Shown here: positions 39,001 through 47,553 of the stretch, piece by piece
Numbering within the stretch: position 1 is the first letter of the stretch
Layout of the letters: each line of letters starts with the position of its first letter
Virus record (IMG/VR): IMGVR_UViG_2974555854_000001
Span: 1-64,000 of that record
From: a virus
Taxonomy: Duplodnaviria; Caudoviricetes
Strand: one strand, 5' to 3'
DNA: 64,000 bases
Translations under genes and position numbers: made by a program
The notes under the pieces: generated by a model
What the model was told of the DNA's origin: nothing
The model's input: the letters and a program-made list of their open reading frames with translations, nothing else
Database searches by the model: none

Positions 39001-41921
39001 ATACAACTAGAAAATGGTTAGATACAAATACAACTATTCCTATCTTGAAGTATTATACAGGTGGTGCATGGAAGAAACTGATCCCAACAGCTGCTTCAGA
39101 AGTCGGTGCTGAAACGCCAACAGGAGCACAAACTAAAGCAACAGCAGCAGAAAAGAACGCTAAAGATTATATGGATGGAATGAACGCAACTATCCAGGAG
39201 CAATTTACAGCTCAATCTTCTAGTATTAGTGTGCTTGCAGGGAAGATCGATAGCAAAGTTGAATCGACAACTTACACTCAAGGTATCGCTGATGCTAAAT
39301 CTTATGCTGATGGTAAAGCTGCTACTGCTGAATCGAACGCTAAAGGTTACGCTGATGGTAAAGATGCTGTAATCGTTGAACGTGTCGAAACAAATGAATC
39401 ATTAATCAGTCAACAAGCGGATAAAATTCTTTCTATGGTTACTAAAACTGAATTCAACAGTTTAAAAATCGGTGGTCAGAACAAAGTAACCGGAACTGAT
39501 CTTAAAGATATTTCAGGGTGGACTAGATGGAATGTTGGTACGCTTACATTAGGTACAGCTGATTCAAGTATTCCTAAGAACTATCTGAAAGTTGAAACGA
39601 AAGATGCTTCAGGTAATAACTTAACTGTTGCAAGTGGTCAAGCGATTGGCATTCAGCATAGTGGACGTACTTTTAAAGTTATTGCTGGTCAAAAGTATAC
39701 AGCTTCTATGATAATCGCTACTAGTGAATTAGGTGGTATATTAGATTACCTTTACATGATTCATAAAGATGGACAAGGTAACATGAGATTGAATAACGTT
39801 GATACAAGTCAGTTTGTAACTATTCATCCTGCTTATAGCGGCGCTCCTTCTTCTTATGATTTCAAACTAGTCTACTTCACATTTACAGCAGATCGTACAG
39901 ATGATGTTTACTTGCTAATCGGTGGTACAACAAAGAGAGCTTTAGGTTCTACTGCTTATGCCTGGATTCGTTTTTATGACTTCAAGGTTGAAGATGGCGA
40001 TAAAGCTACTGCTTGGACTCCTTCAACGGAAGATGTTAAACAAGATATCAGCACTTTGTCTACTGCAATCAAACAAACAGCTGAAGATATTGAACTTAAT
40101 GTAGTTAAAAACAATAAAGTGTTAACATCTATCAATGCTTCTTCTGAAGGTGTTAAGATTAAAGCTGATCGACTTGATATCACTGGATTAGTAACGTTTA
40201 ACGTTCTTAATTCCGATATGCAAAGTAGAATCTCCAATGCGGATCAAGCTTATGCTGATACTGCTAGATGGAAGTTACCAAACACAACTTTAATCAATGG
40301 TGGCTTAATTGCTGCTGATACAGTAACCGCTAGTCAGATTTTAGTTGGATCGTGGGAAAACTTATTCCAAAATGGTAACTTCGAAAAGAAAACCGCTGGA
40401 TGGAAAGATGCTTCTGCTTGGTCAGTAGTTAATTCACCTAATACAGCTTATAACGGAAATTATCATGCTAAAGGTACGTGGGGTTCTTCTTCTTCAATCA
40501 GTTACTATGATGACCGTGAAATAACGGTTCGTGGTGGAGAAACTTATTACTTTGAAGGTTATTTCCGTACTGATATAGCAACAACGACTCCTACTCGTAC
40601 AATGTTAATCCTGATGAACGATAAATTAGGGAACAGAACTTATATTATCAAAGAGGAAACGTTAACTACTTCCTGGAAGAAGTTTTCTTACACTTTTGAC
40701 ATTCCTTCAGATATTGTTTCAATTCAGATCGGATTAAGTGTTAAAAGTGGTCAACCTTCAGGATACGCTACTTATGTAGATAACTTATTCTGCAAAAAGA
40801 TGGTTGATGGATCGTTAATCGTTGATGGTTCTATTACAGCAAGTATGATTAAATCACTTAATGGCCTGAATGTTGGTGGAGGTCAATTCGTAGTCGATGG
40901 AACAGGAAATGTTGTAATCGGTGCTGGCGCAACGTTAAAAGCTGCTAAATTCGAAGGTCTAAGAGGTAACACTATCTCTTTCGGTGATTATGGAGCTAAG
41001 ATTGATACATCTATCGCTGGTGTTATCAAACGTACGCGTTTTGCGACAAACGACAGCACATATTTAGCCATTGATGATGATGGACGTTTCAACTTCGTTA
41101 CAAACACAAACTTCGATTGTTATGTAGCTCCTGCAAGTGGCGGCCACTACGTACTTAAACTAGGTTCTGCTATGATTAAAGGTTTAGGTACAGGTGGGAC
41201 GATGCAAGTTCGAAACTATGATGATAGCTTGTATGGTGATTTAGCTGCTAAAGATTTGACTGCAACCGGAAACCTAGATGTTTGGGGTAGAGGAACATTA
41301 AAAGGTACTGATCTAACTATCCAGGGAACAACAGGTGGTATGCTTAAATTGAAAGGTTCTCCATACGCATACACTGAATTCTATGCTAACGGAACACAAG
41401 TTGGATTCATTGGTTTAGAAGCAGCTTCAGGTCAAAATAACGTGATGCTTCAGAATAATAACGGTGGAGAAGTATTGATTAAAACTGCTGCTGTTCGTGT
41501 TAAATTTGACCGATCTGTTGGGCAAGTTGTTTTCAAAGATCAAAACGATAATGGTTACGTCAATGTTGTCGGTAAAGAATTTGTTCCTAACTCTTTAAGA
41601 GAACGTAAAAAAGATATTAAACCTTTCACATTGACATCTACAGGAAAGACAGCTTTAGAAGAACTTTGTGAGACAACAATATTTAATTACCGTTTCCTTG
41701 AAGAAACAGACGTTGATCCGCTAAGAATGGGTTTAATTTACGATTCAGCACCTTTTGAAGTTGTTGATATCACTGGACAAGGTATCAGTTTGTACGGTAT
41801 GGCTGCATTTAATTTCCAGGCTACAAAAGAATTAAACGCCAAACTTGAAGAAAAAATTAATGTTTTAGAAACAACTATTGATTCTTTAGCTGCTAGAATC
41901 GCTGTTTTAGAAGGTAAATAA
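36051..41921 (+). CDS. tail tip / central fibre protein with carbohydrate-binding modules and a C-terminal S74 chaperone
   Basis: hub-like N-terminus; NL..NG.FE and KVEDGDKATAWTP modules; SLRERKKDIKPF...YRF...MGLIYD intramolecular chaperone. Confidence 0.85.
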   Translation: MEGRLKQTIRHPKMEVLVDFNGLGLDRINEWENITDYVLDISGSKEKATESVGGVTSDIVTFATDNKGNVFSNTNPKSPFYQKVKSNTKFVLKTGFKGEELKIYAAGIITKFAPSWNDKKYNVSAEDFFYLLKNTDAPKTAYQDISLEELVNVLLDTAEIPSQINRIIPKTEFNFQYFKFEEPDCFSALKKLMEISVGQAYFEGLNFVFETKLALDYELDLTVKHTIEEDDIFTFDETVEDSDIINAVSIISNPKTIYPKELVFQTPENIVQVNEEPVTFGTGTSFYIDNTHLPIINNAENPISVKNLTQGRTININSVDINTGKITIHPESLAYVAQGDLLVVSYSYQQLVLLPGQTRTYSLSLSGEVHALTDVDVAVWDATGQLPREYSTTPNKANTVSLNQFTFNQTSGLVTVVLKNNYAEGITISTLQLRGNPIKSANPLEIYVRDLPSIDEYKKQELQITNNYFTNTKLAQKIAQFIVDNRSITRKKIGVDMDGYTELELNDIAKVIENESGTNHTFYADRIDYSFSSDGGWSAKVTFTQTETEQWVYESFKGESWEKTNPGNPIDDFIFEINANMVKNGGAELHTGIADYVDAGAVGSAHYVPDYWRFTRSTGNASARIRTGGELALHADQSFEITTSNSGSGYYEQTLTGVVPSKTHSVSFIARLDGCSGVFIVEQYEGSTLLKTLSYDLPEGLKEYEFQFASESTADQFIIKFKKNAGTKGSESMIFDKVKVEEAEKASLYLEANETQTVQAGQKYDNSVIIGNNYGVSVYDANNNQRVRMGQYAPGKYGMRIDNGALEIVNGLLYEQLATDVGKKLNISENNAITSLATSMSGIDGELGTISGTIESHASLIQQNSIAISQRVLTTTYTTDKNGILQRLSDAETAIDQTAENITLLATQESFNELGEIIEANTAAINVNAQAITQRVTTSTFNQAITDTKKYADDSATAKAGTAEANAKAASEKNIWIGTSAPTDTTRKWLDTNTTIPILKYYTGGAWKKLIPTAASEVGAETPTGAQTKATAAEKNAKDYMDGMNATIQEQFTAQSSSISVLAGKIDSKVESTTYTQGIADAKSYADGKAATAESNAKGYADGKDAVIVERVETNESLISQQADKILSMVTKTEFNSLKIGGQNKVTGTDLKDISGWTRWNVGTLTLGTADSSIPKNYLKVETKDASGNNLTVASGQAIGIQHSGRTFKVIAGQKYTASMIIATSELGGILDYLYMIHKDGQGNMRLNNVDTSQFVTIHPAYSGAPSSYDFKLVYFTFTADRTDDVYLLIGGTTKRALGSTAYAWIRFYDFKVEDGDKATAWTPSTEDVKQDISTLSTAIKQTAEDIELNVVKNNKVLTSINASSEGVKIKADRLDITGLVTFNVLNSDMQSRISNADQAYADTARWKLPNTTLINGGLIAADTVTASQILVGSWENLFQNGNFEKKTAGWKDASAWSVVNSPNTAYNGNYHAKGTWGSSSSISYYDDREITVRGGETYYFEGYFRTDIATTTPTRTMLILMNDKLGNRTYIIKEETLTTSWKKFSYTFDIPSDIVSIQIGLSVKSGQPSGYATYVDNLFCKKMVDGSLIVDGSITASMIKSLNGLNVGGGQFVVDGTGNVVIGAGATLKAAKFEGLRGNTISFGDYGAKIDTSIAGVIKRTRFATNDSTYLAIDDDGRFNFVTNTNFDCYVAPASGGHYVLKLGSAMIKGLGTGGTMQVRNYDDSLYGDLAAKDLTATGNLDVWGRGTLKGTDLTIQGTTGGMLKLKGSPYAYTEFYANGTQVGFIGLEAASGQNNVMLQNNNGGEVLIKTAAVRVKFDRSVGQVVFKDQNDNGYVNVVGKEFVPNSLRERKKDIKPFTLTSTGKTALEELCETTIFNYRFLEETDVDPLRMGLIYDSAPFEVVDITGQGISLYGMAAFNFQATKELNAKLEEKINVLETTIDSLAARIAVLEGK

Positions 41922-41937
41922 GATCAAGGTAAAAATT

Positions 41938-41970
41938 GGGATGGTTTTTATAACCATTCCTTTCTTTTTT
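41938..41970 (+). terminator. intrinsic terminator
   Basis: GGGATGGTT/AACCATTCC stem plus T-rich tail. Confidence 0.65.
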
Positions 41971-41972
41971 GT

Positions 41973-42002
41973 GAGATTTTGTATTTTAATATCTGTATTA
42001 AT
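41973..42002 (+). promoter_or_regulatory. phage late promoter (lysis cassette)
   Basis: GAGATT-N17-TATTAAT. Confidence 0.7.
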
Positions 42003-42025
42003 GGTACATGAGACAATTTTAGGAG

Positions 42026-42211
42026 GTGTTCGGAATGGACAAACAACAATTACAACCAACATTTGAAGATGTGGTTAAAGAATTAAAGGCTAGAATCGGT
42101 GATTTAGAAGTAGAAAAAGCTATTGCTGTTTCTGCAAACGCTAAAAAAGATGCTTATATCGCTGAATTAGAAGCTAAATTACCTCAAGAAGAACCAAAAG
42201 AAGAAAAATAA
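42026..42211 (+). CDS. small coiled-coil protein
   Basis: AGGAGG RBS. Confidence 0.6.
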   Translation: MFGMDKQQLQPTFEDVVKELKARIGDLEVEKAIAVSANAKKDAYIAELEAKLPQEEPKEEK

Positions 42212-42224
42212 GGAGTGAAAACAG

Positions 42225-42674
42225 ATGGTTTCTGAAATCACTAAGACCGCTTCAGAATTAGCTGGTTCACAGTTTGTTTTCGGAATCCTTTTCATTCTTC
42301 TTTTGGTTGCTGTTTTGTGGAGTGTTCATAAAGCTTTTACTCAAGTGCAACAGAATAATATCGCTCAAGGAAATAAAATGGACGATATGCACTTACAACG
42401 ACAAGCTCAACTAATGGAAATATTACAAGAAAACAAGTCCGAAAGCAAAGAACGCGAAGAAAAGTTATATGCAGAACGAGAAAAACTAGTTCTAACTATT
42501 GATCGTTATAATGACCAATTAGAAGCTATCAGCGATACACAAGCGAATACAAACGAAACACTCACAAAAATGCAGGACAACTTAGAGAATCTTCAGTCAA
42601 GTTTTACTGAAATGAATTACAGTGTAAGGGTATTGAATGATCGTGTAGATCGTATTGAACGAAAAAAGGATTAA
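42225..42674 (+). CDS. BhlA/UviB-like holin with a long coiled coil
   Basis: SQFVFGILFILLLVAVLW single transmembrane segment, upstream of the endolysin. Confidence 0.65.
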   Translation: MVSEITKTASELAGSQFVFGILFILLLVAVLWSVHKAFTQVQQNNIAQGNKMDDMHLQRQAQLMEILQENKSESKEREEKLYAEREKLVLTIDRYNDQLEAISDTQANTNETLTKMQDNLENLQSSFTEMNYSVRVLNDRVDRIERKKD

Positions 42675-42677
42675 GGA

Positions 42678-43865
42678 GTGGTAAATATGGCTTATTCATT
42701 AGATGATTTATTGAAGAAAGCGCAACCCAAATTAGAAGGTGTTCATCCATCGGTTCAGGCATGTGCTCTACAATTAATTACAAAAGCTTATGCTAAAGGT
42801 TATAAATTGATTATCACACAAGGACTTCGTACAATCGCTGAACAAAACAAGTTATATGCAAAGGGCCGCACAACAGCACAATTAAGAGCTGTAGGAATCA
42901 CTGGAATCGCTGGTAATCCTTCTGCTGCAATTGTTACTCGTGCAAAAGGCGGTACATCTTATCATAACTACGGTTTAGCTTTTGACATCGGTATTTTACG
43001 AACAGATGAAAAAGATGTTGATTGGACTGATTCAAAATATCGTCCTATCGGTGCTTTAGGAAAGGAATTAGGTTTAGAATGGGGTGGAGATTTCAAATCA
43101 ATTAAAGATACTCCACACTATCAATTATCTTTCGGCCTTTCTATTGCTGATCTTCAAGCCGGTAAACGTCCAAAAGGTTCAACTGTTTCTGTTCATCCAG
43201 GAGTTCAAGTTGTTAAATTGGGTTCTGAAGGCGCATTAGTTAAAGATGTACAAATCAAACTTAATAAATTAGGTTTTGATTGTGGTGATCCGGATGGAAT
43301 CGCCGGTAAGAAAACTGTAGCTGCTATCGAAGACTTCCAGGCTAAATTTGGTCTTTCTAAAGATGGAATTGCTGGACGTGACACTTTAGCGAAACTAAAC
43401 GAATTAGCTGCTGAAAAAGCTGAAGAAGTTAAAGAAGAAGCTGAAAAGAAAGATTTACCTAAAGTTGAATCGTTCGGCGGTACTCCAATTCGTGTAACTA
43501 CTATCACTGATGCAGGAGTTTATGCACACGCTGACATTTCCGGAAAGTCTCGTACAATCAAAAAAGGTACAACTTTTAGAGTATATGGAAACACTTATGC
43601 AGCATGGGCCGTTAATGATGGTTTTGTTCAAATGAAAGATGTTGAACCTCAACCAATGACAATTCATACCGGCGGCGTTAACATCGCTATGCAAACTGAA
43701 TTGAAGCGTTTTATGTCAGGTCTTAACAAAGATACTGTATTAATCTTCAAATCAGAAGGTGGTAATCCTTACGCTGAAATTACTGCTAAAGGCTTAGTTT
43801 TAGTTGAGATTCTTCGTTACCTAAAAGCTAACAAATGGTATTACAAAGAAGCTCCAAAAGCTTAA
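42678..43865 (+). CDS. endolysin: M15 L-Ala-D-Glu peptidase + peptidoglycan-binding domain
   Basis: GLRTIAEQNKLYA, SYHNYGLAFD, WGGDF...DTPHYQL; PG-binding VKDVQIKLNKLGF...DGIAG. Confidence 0.9.
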   Translation: MVNMAYSLDDLLKKAQPKLEGVHPSVQACALQLITKAYAKGYKLIITQGLRTIAEQNKLYAKGRTTAQLRAVGITGIAGNPSAAIVTRAKGGTSYHNYGLAFDIGILRTDEKDVDWTDSKYRPIGALGKELGLEWGGDFKSIKDTPHYQLSFGLSIADLQAGKRPKGSTVSVHPGVQVVKLGSEGALVKDVQIKLNKLGFDCGDPDGIAGKKTVAAIEDFQAKFGLSKDGIAGRDTLAKLNELAAEKAEEVKEEAEKKDLPKVESFGGTPIRVTTITDAGVYAHADISGKSRTIKKGTTFRVYGNTYAAWAVNDGFVQMKDVEPQPMTIHTGGVNIAMQTELKRFMSGLNKDTVLIFKSEGGNPYAEITAKGLVLVEILRYLKANKWYYKEAPKA

Positions 43866-43875
43866 TTTCTAGGAG

Positions 43876-44145
43876 GTGATACAGATGGACAAAGGTACTT
43901 TAATTCGCACGGTGCTTTTAGTAGTGGCCCTGATTAACCAAACGTTAATTATGGTGGGTAAACCTGTTTTACCTGTTGATGAACACCAATTAACAAACCT
44001 AATCGACAACGCTTACTTATGGGGATCGACTGCTTATTCAATCGTTATGATCCTGGTAGCGTGGTATAAGAATAATTTCGTTACTAAGAAAGGTAAGGCT
44101 CAAAAAGAAGTTCTGAAGAAGCACGGTCTTACTAAAGCAAAATAA
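43876..44145 (+). CDS. SPP1-type holin
   Basis: DKGTLIRTVLLVVALINQ...AWYKNNFVTKKG. Confidence 0.85.
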   Translation: MIQMDKGTLIRTVLLVVALINQTLIMVGKPVLPVDEHQLTNLIDNAYLWGSTAYSIVMILVAWYKNNFVTKKGKAQKEVLKKHGLTKAK

Positions 44146-44178
44146 AAAAAGGAGGGCATAATAGCCTTCCTTTTATTT
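44144..44178. terminator. bidirectional terminator between the convergent late and replication arms
   Basis: A7-GGAGGGC-ATAATA-GCCTTCC-TTTT. Confidence 0.8.
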
Positions 44179-44286
44179 GTATTTGTATGAAAGTAATTTC
44201 ATCGCTGTTCTTTTGAATCTTAATTTCCACACTCTTTTCCAGTAAAAAGGACTCAATTTGTTTAGCTGCTTTAACAAGATGTTCAT
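44173..44286 (-). CDS. 37-aa highly basic peptide (not in ORF track)
   Basis: AAGGAGG RBS; MNILLKQLNKLSPFYWKRVWKLRFKRTAMKLLSYKYK. Confidence 0.6.
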   Translation of the reverse strand: MNILLKQLNKLSPFYWKRVWKLRFKRTAMKLLSYKYK

Positions 44287-44306
44287 AACAAACCTCCTTG
44301 AGCTTA

Positions 44307-44852
44307 TTATATCCTAACAAACCGGTTATAATCCATCATCGGAAAGATATGATATTCAATCTTATTCGCTTCAATCATTTCTGCTAAAAATCCAGCTATA
44401 TCATTTCCGATAACATTGCAATATCCATCTTTCAGGAAGTTATCGAACATTTTATCTACAACTAGCTTTTTGCGTTTTGTTTCCATTTCTTCTTTCCTCA
44501 TTAGAAAGTATTCAGCGGCATGTCCACTTAATTTAATTCCCTGATCCGTACGTTCAACTTCAGGAGCTTTAAATTGTTTATTTTGGAATTCTTCGATCCT
44601 TCCTTGCAATTCATATAACCTTTCTTGCAAATTATTGAAATTAGCGCCAAAAATATCAGCAATTTTGATGCAATCTACAACTGATACGTTCACGGCTTCG
44701 AAATAGCCTTCTGAAGACTTATGATAACCTTGAGAGTAATTGTATTCCGATATGGTGAAAAGACCATTAGACTGCAATCTGAAGCTAAGAAAATCACGCT
44801 TTGAACTCCTTTCGATGGAAGCTCCTGGAAAAGTTGTAATTCTTTTGTTCAT
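44307..44852 (-). CDS. hypothetical protein
   Basis: 181 aa, GGGGG RBS. Confidence 0.65.
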   Translation of the reverse strand: MNKRITTFPGASIERSSKRDFLSFRLQSNGLFTISEYNYSQGYHKSSEGYFEAVNVSVVDCIKIADIFGANFNNLQERLYELQGRIEEFQNKQFKAPEVERTDQGIKLSGHAAEYFLMRKEEMETKRKKLVVDKMFDNFLKDGYCNVIGNDIAGFLAEMIEANKIEYHIFPMMDYNRFVRI

Positions 44853-44873
44853 TTGTAAATTCCCCCTATAAAA

Positions 44874-45044
44874 TTATAATGCTAAAGCTTGTCCTGCTGT
44901 AATTTTCTTCAAATGTCTAAGAACTACTTCTGTAACTTCTAAATACTCTTTATCACCAAAAATCTTGAATAATTCCATGTAGTCGTTGTAAACATCCAAA
45001 AGCCCATCAATGATTTCTTTTCTTGATAATTCTTTTTGTTCCAT
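44874..45044 (-). CDS. hypothetical 56-aa protein (not in ORF track)
   Basis: AGGAGG RBS; MEQKELSRKEIIDGLL... Confidence 0.65.
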   Translation of the reverse strand: MEQKELSRKEIIDGLLDVYNDYMELFKIFGDKEYLEVTEVVLRHLKKITAGQALAL

Positions 45045-45105
45045 TATAAATACCTCCTATTCAATTGGTTAACCTTATTATAAATGGTAAATTCCTATAA
45101 GTCAA

Positions 45106-45618
45106 TTATAATTTTGGTAAAAGCTTATTATCGATCAACCACTGAATGCCTATACCGACTGAATCACTTTCATCATCTGTTCTAAAAACTAGCGGTTTTC
45201 TACCCCAAATTCTTGATTTGTATTTCAATACTTCAGCTTCAACCTCTTCTTTCTTAGCTCTCCCATTTCCTGTAAATTCCCTTTTGAAAGATGAATTGTT
45301 TACTTCTTGGATGGGCATAACATGACTGAATACTTTTTCTACTAAACCGTGCGGCATAGCTGTCTTGTAACCACTTCCAGGTGAATAAACCCATTCTTCC
45401 TTAATTACATTGTGCGGATAGAAGTTAAATTTAAGTACATTCAGCACCGCTTCAATATGAGCTAATTTCTTTCCGAATTCCGCTACTTCATAATGACGAT
45501 TATAAACATGACCATAAGTAATTAATTTCGGTTTCTCTTTCAGATCAAACACGGCCCATCCTGTACAGTTAGGTGATGGATCAATGACGATCAGATAGCG
45601 CCAATCTCTTTCTTCCAT
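45106..45618 (-). CDS. ruvC: RuvC-like Holliday junction resolvase
   Basis: VIDPSPNCTGWA, IKEE, FTGNGRAKKEEV, DDESDS. Confidence 0.85.
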   Translation of the reverse strand: MEERDWRYLIVIDPSPNCTGWAVFDLKEKPKLITYGHVYNRHYEVAEFGKKLAHIEAVLNVLKFNFYPHNVIKEEWVYSPGSGYKTAMPHGLVEKVFSHVMPIQEVNNSSFKREFTGNGRAKKEEVEAEVLKYKSRIWGRKPLVFRTDDESDSVGIGIQWLIDNKLLPKL

Positions 45619-45677
45619 AAAAAAACACCCTTTCGTATTTTATATAAACATTAATACAAAAGAGTGTTTCCTTTTTA

Positions 45678-46082
45678 TTATTTCTTATTTTCTAAATGTA
45701 TATAAATACATGGTTCTACTTTAACTTCATAACGCTCTCTGAACACTTTCAGATTATCACAAGTGATCGAAGTAGGTTTAGCTTTTTGATGACCTTGTGG
45801 CCACCTTTTAACGTCCTCTTCATCGATAAACTTCCAAATGAACCATTCGCTCAATGGATTTTCTATATCATTATCATCTGAATGATGGTCATACCAAACG
45901 CTTTCTAGGAATATTTTTAACTCACGCTCATTTTTAAAAACATAAGCCATATCCATATCATCTTTATTGTAAGCAAAGAAAGGACTAATGTACTTGAAAT
46001 CGCCACCGAACCACGATTCAAAGTGTCTAACTAAATCTTTGTAATTTTCAATTAACCCACATTCTAATACTGTTTCACTCAT
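45678..46082 (-). CDS. hypothetical protein
   Basis: start set at the ATG after AAGGAG. Confidence 0.6.
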   Translation of the reverse strand: MSETVLECGLIENYKDLVRHFESWFGGDFKYISPFFAYNKDDMDMAYVFKNERELKIFLESVWYDHHSDDNDIENPLSEWFIWKFIDEEDVKRWPQGHQKAKPTSITCDNLKVFRERYEVKVEPCIYIHLENKK

Positions 46083-46462
46083 GCTCTCGACAACTCCTTT
46101 ATCCATCCTGCTCCTTTAAGGTTCTCTAACCAAACGTCATCTTTTGTATCCATAGCTAAATCAATGAACATTCGGCGTAAACCTTCAGCACCAAATTCAT
46201 CCAGGTTTGAATCTCTTCTTCCTTTACGTTGATCCCAAAAATCAATGCGATACAATGTAAACGAATTAACTGAATGTTTTAACGGTGGTTCGAATTCTCT
46301 CATAAAGCTATTCGTTTCTAAATCATATCTAGTATGGATTTCAAAGGAAATTCTATCGCTTGATACTGCTGTAATTGTACATCTGAACAACTTCTTCTCT
46401 TCAAGCTCCACATACCTAATTACATCACCAACAGCAAAGTCATTGAAATTTAATTCTCCCAC
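46079..46462 (-). CDS. hypothetical protein
   Basis: DFAVGDVIRY barrel-like start. Confidence 0.6.
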   Translation of the reverse strand: MGELNFNDFAVGDVIRYVELEEKKLFRCTITAVSSDRISFEIHTRYDLETNSFMREFEPPLKHSVNSFTLYRIDFWDQRKGRRDSNLDEFGAEGLRRMFIDLAMDTKDDVWLENLKGAGWIKELSRA

Positions 46463-46482
46463 TTTAAAACCCCCTTTTAATT

Positions 46483-47400
46483 TTAAACAGCGATATCTTC
46501 AAATTTAATCGGATCACCTGATTCATAATCAAGCAATTTGAAGTCATCAATTGTAAAATCATAGAAGTTTTTGACTTCAGGATTTACCCACAATGTAGGT
46601 GTTTTGAATTGTGGACGTTTAATCATTTCCAACATCTGTTCTTCGTGACGATCATAAATGTGTGCATTATCAATGTTAAGAACTAATGTCCCTACTTCCA
46701 TCCCAACTACTTGAGCTATCATACGTTGCAGAACATAATACTGGAAAGCGTTAAACGGATTACCTAAAGGCATATCATTCGAACGAATATTCACTGTTAG
46801 ATGAAGTTTTTCGTCCCATGTTTGCCAATGAGTTTCATAAACACAAGGCGGTAAAGCCATTTCAGGAATATCTTCTACACACCAAAATGTTGTTTTAATT
46901 TGGTTAGAGTAGCGGTTATGGATTAAAGATTGAATAACATAATCAACTTGATCTAATTCAAGGAAAAGACCTTTTTCGTTATGGAATCCTCTTTTGAACC
47001 CTTTACCTAATTGACTATGATCGATGTCTTTAACATGCATAGGTCGCTTCTTGTTGCGTAATTGCCATCCATAAGCTTTCCCTATCGTTCCGTCTTCACG
47101 TTCCCACTGATCCCAAACTGTCTTATCAGTACCATTTAATTTACGAAGATCAGAAACATCGTTTGACTTCAATAACCAAAACCAAAACATTTCACGAATA
47201 GGCGTTTTGTAACCTAGTTTTCTTAATGTTGGGAATGGACATTCACCATTGAAAACCATACGTTCATTCAAAACTGATCTAGCATATGCTGGTGATCCGT
47301 CAGAATCCCATCTAGCGCGAATTGGCTTACCTTCATTGCTCTTACCATTCTTAAAGATATTTTCTGTAATTCTAACGATCTGTTCATCATACGTTGACAT
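46483..47400 (-). CDS. thyA: thymidylate synthase
   Basis: GKAYGWQ, ALPPC, IRSNDMPLGNPFN, NAHIYDRH. Confidence 0.95.
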   Translation of the reverse strand: MSTYDEQIVRITENIFKNGKSNEGKPIRARWDSDGSPAYARSVLNERMVFNGECPFPTLRKLGYKTPIREMFWFWLLKSNDVSDLRKLNGTDKTVWDQWEREDGTIGKAYGWQLRNKKRPMHVKDIDHSQLGKGFKRGFHNEKGLFLELDQVDYVIQSLIHNRYSNQIKTTFWCVEDIPEMALPPCVYETHWQTWDEKLHLTVNIRSNDMPLGNPFNAFQYYVLQRMIAQVVGMEVGTLVLNIDNAHIYDRHEEQMLEMIKRPQFKTPTLWVNPEVKNFYDFTIDDFKLLDYESGDPIKFEDIAV

Positions 47401-47553
47401 TCATTCACTCTCCTGGACTTCAAAATAATAGTTATTAGCGGCTACATAAAAGCCATTCATAAATGCTGTATATAAATCAAATGGATTTTGAACTGTTGTT
47501 ACAGCTAGCAATCCATTGAGATAACCACGTTTAAAAGCAATCATATCGTACAT
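47401..47553 (-). CDS. hypothetical 50-aa protein (not in ORF track)
   Basis: TGATG coupling on both sides; MYDMIAFKRGYLNG... Confidence 0.5.
   Translation of the reverse strand: MYDMIAFKRGYLNGLLAVTTVQNPFDLYTAFMNGFYVAANNYYFEVQESE

Noticed and set aside
44132-44320. 62-aa track ORF on the - strand
   Set aside because: It runs through the terminator into the holin; the frame with the AAGGAGG RBS (44173-44286) is better supported.
46483-47400. Modified-base pathway (hydroxymethylase)
   Set aside because: The protein has canonical ThyA motifs and co-occurs with a dUTPase; no glycosyltransferase or deaminase neighbours.
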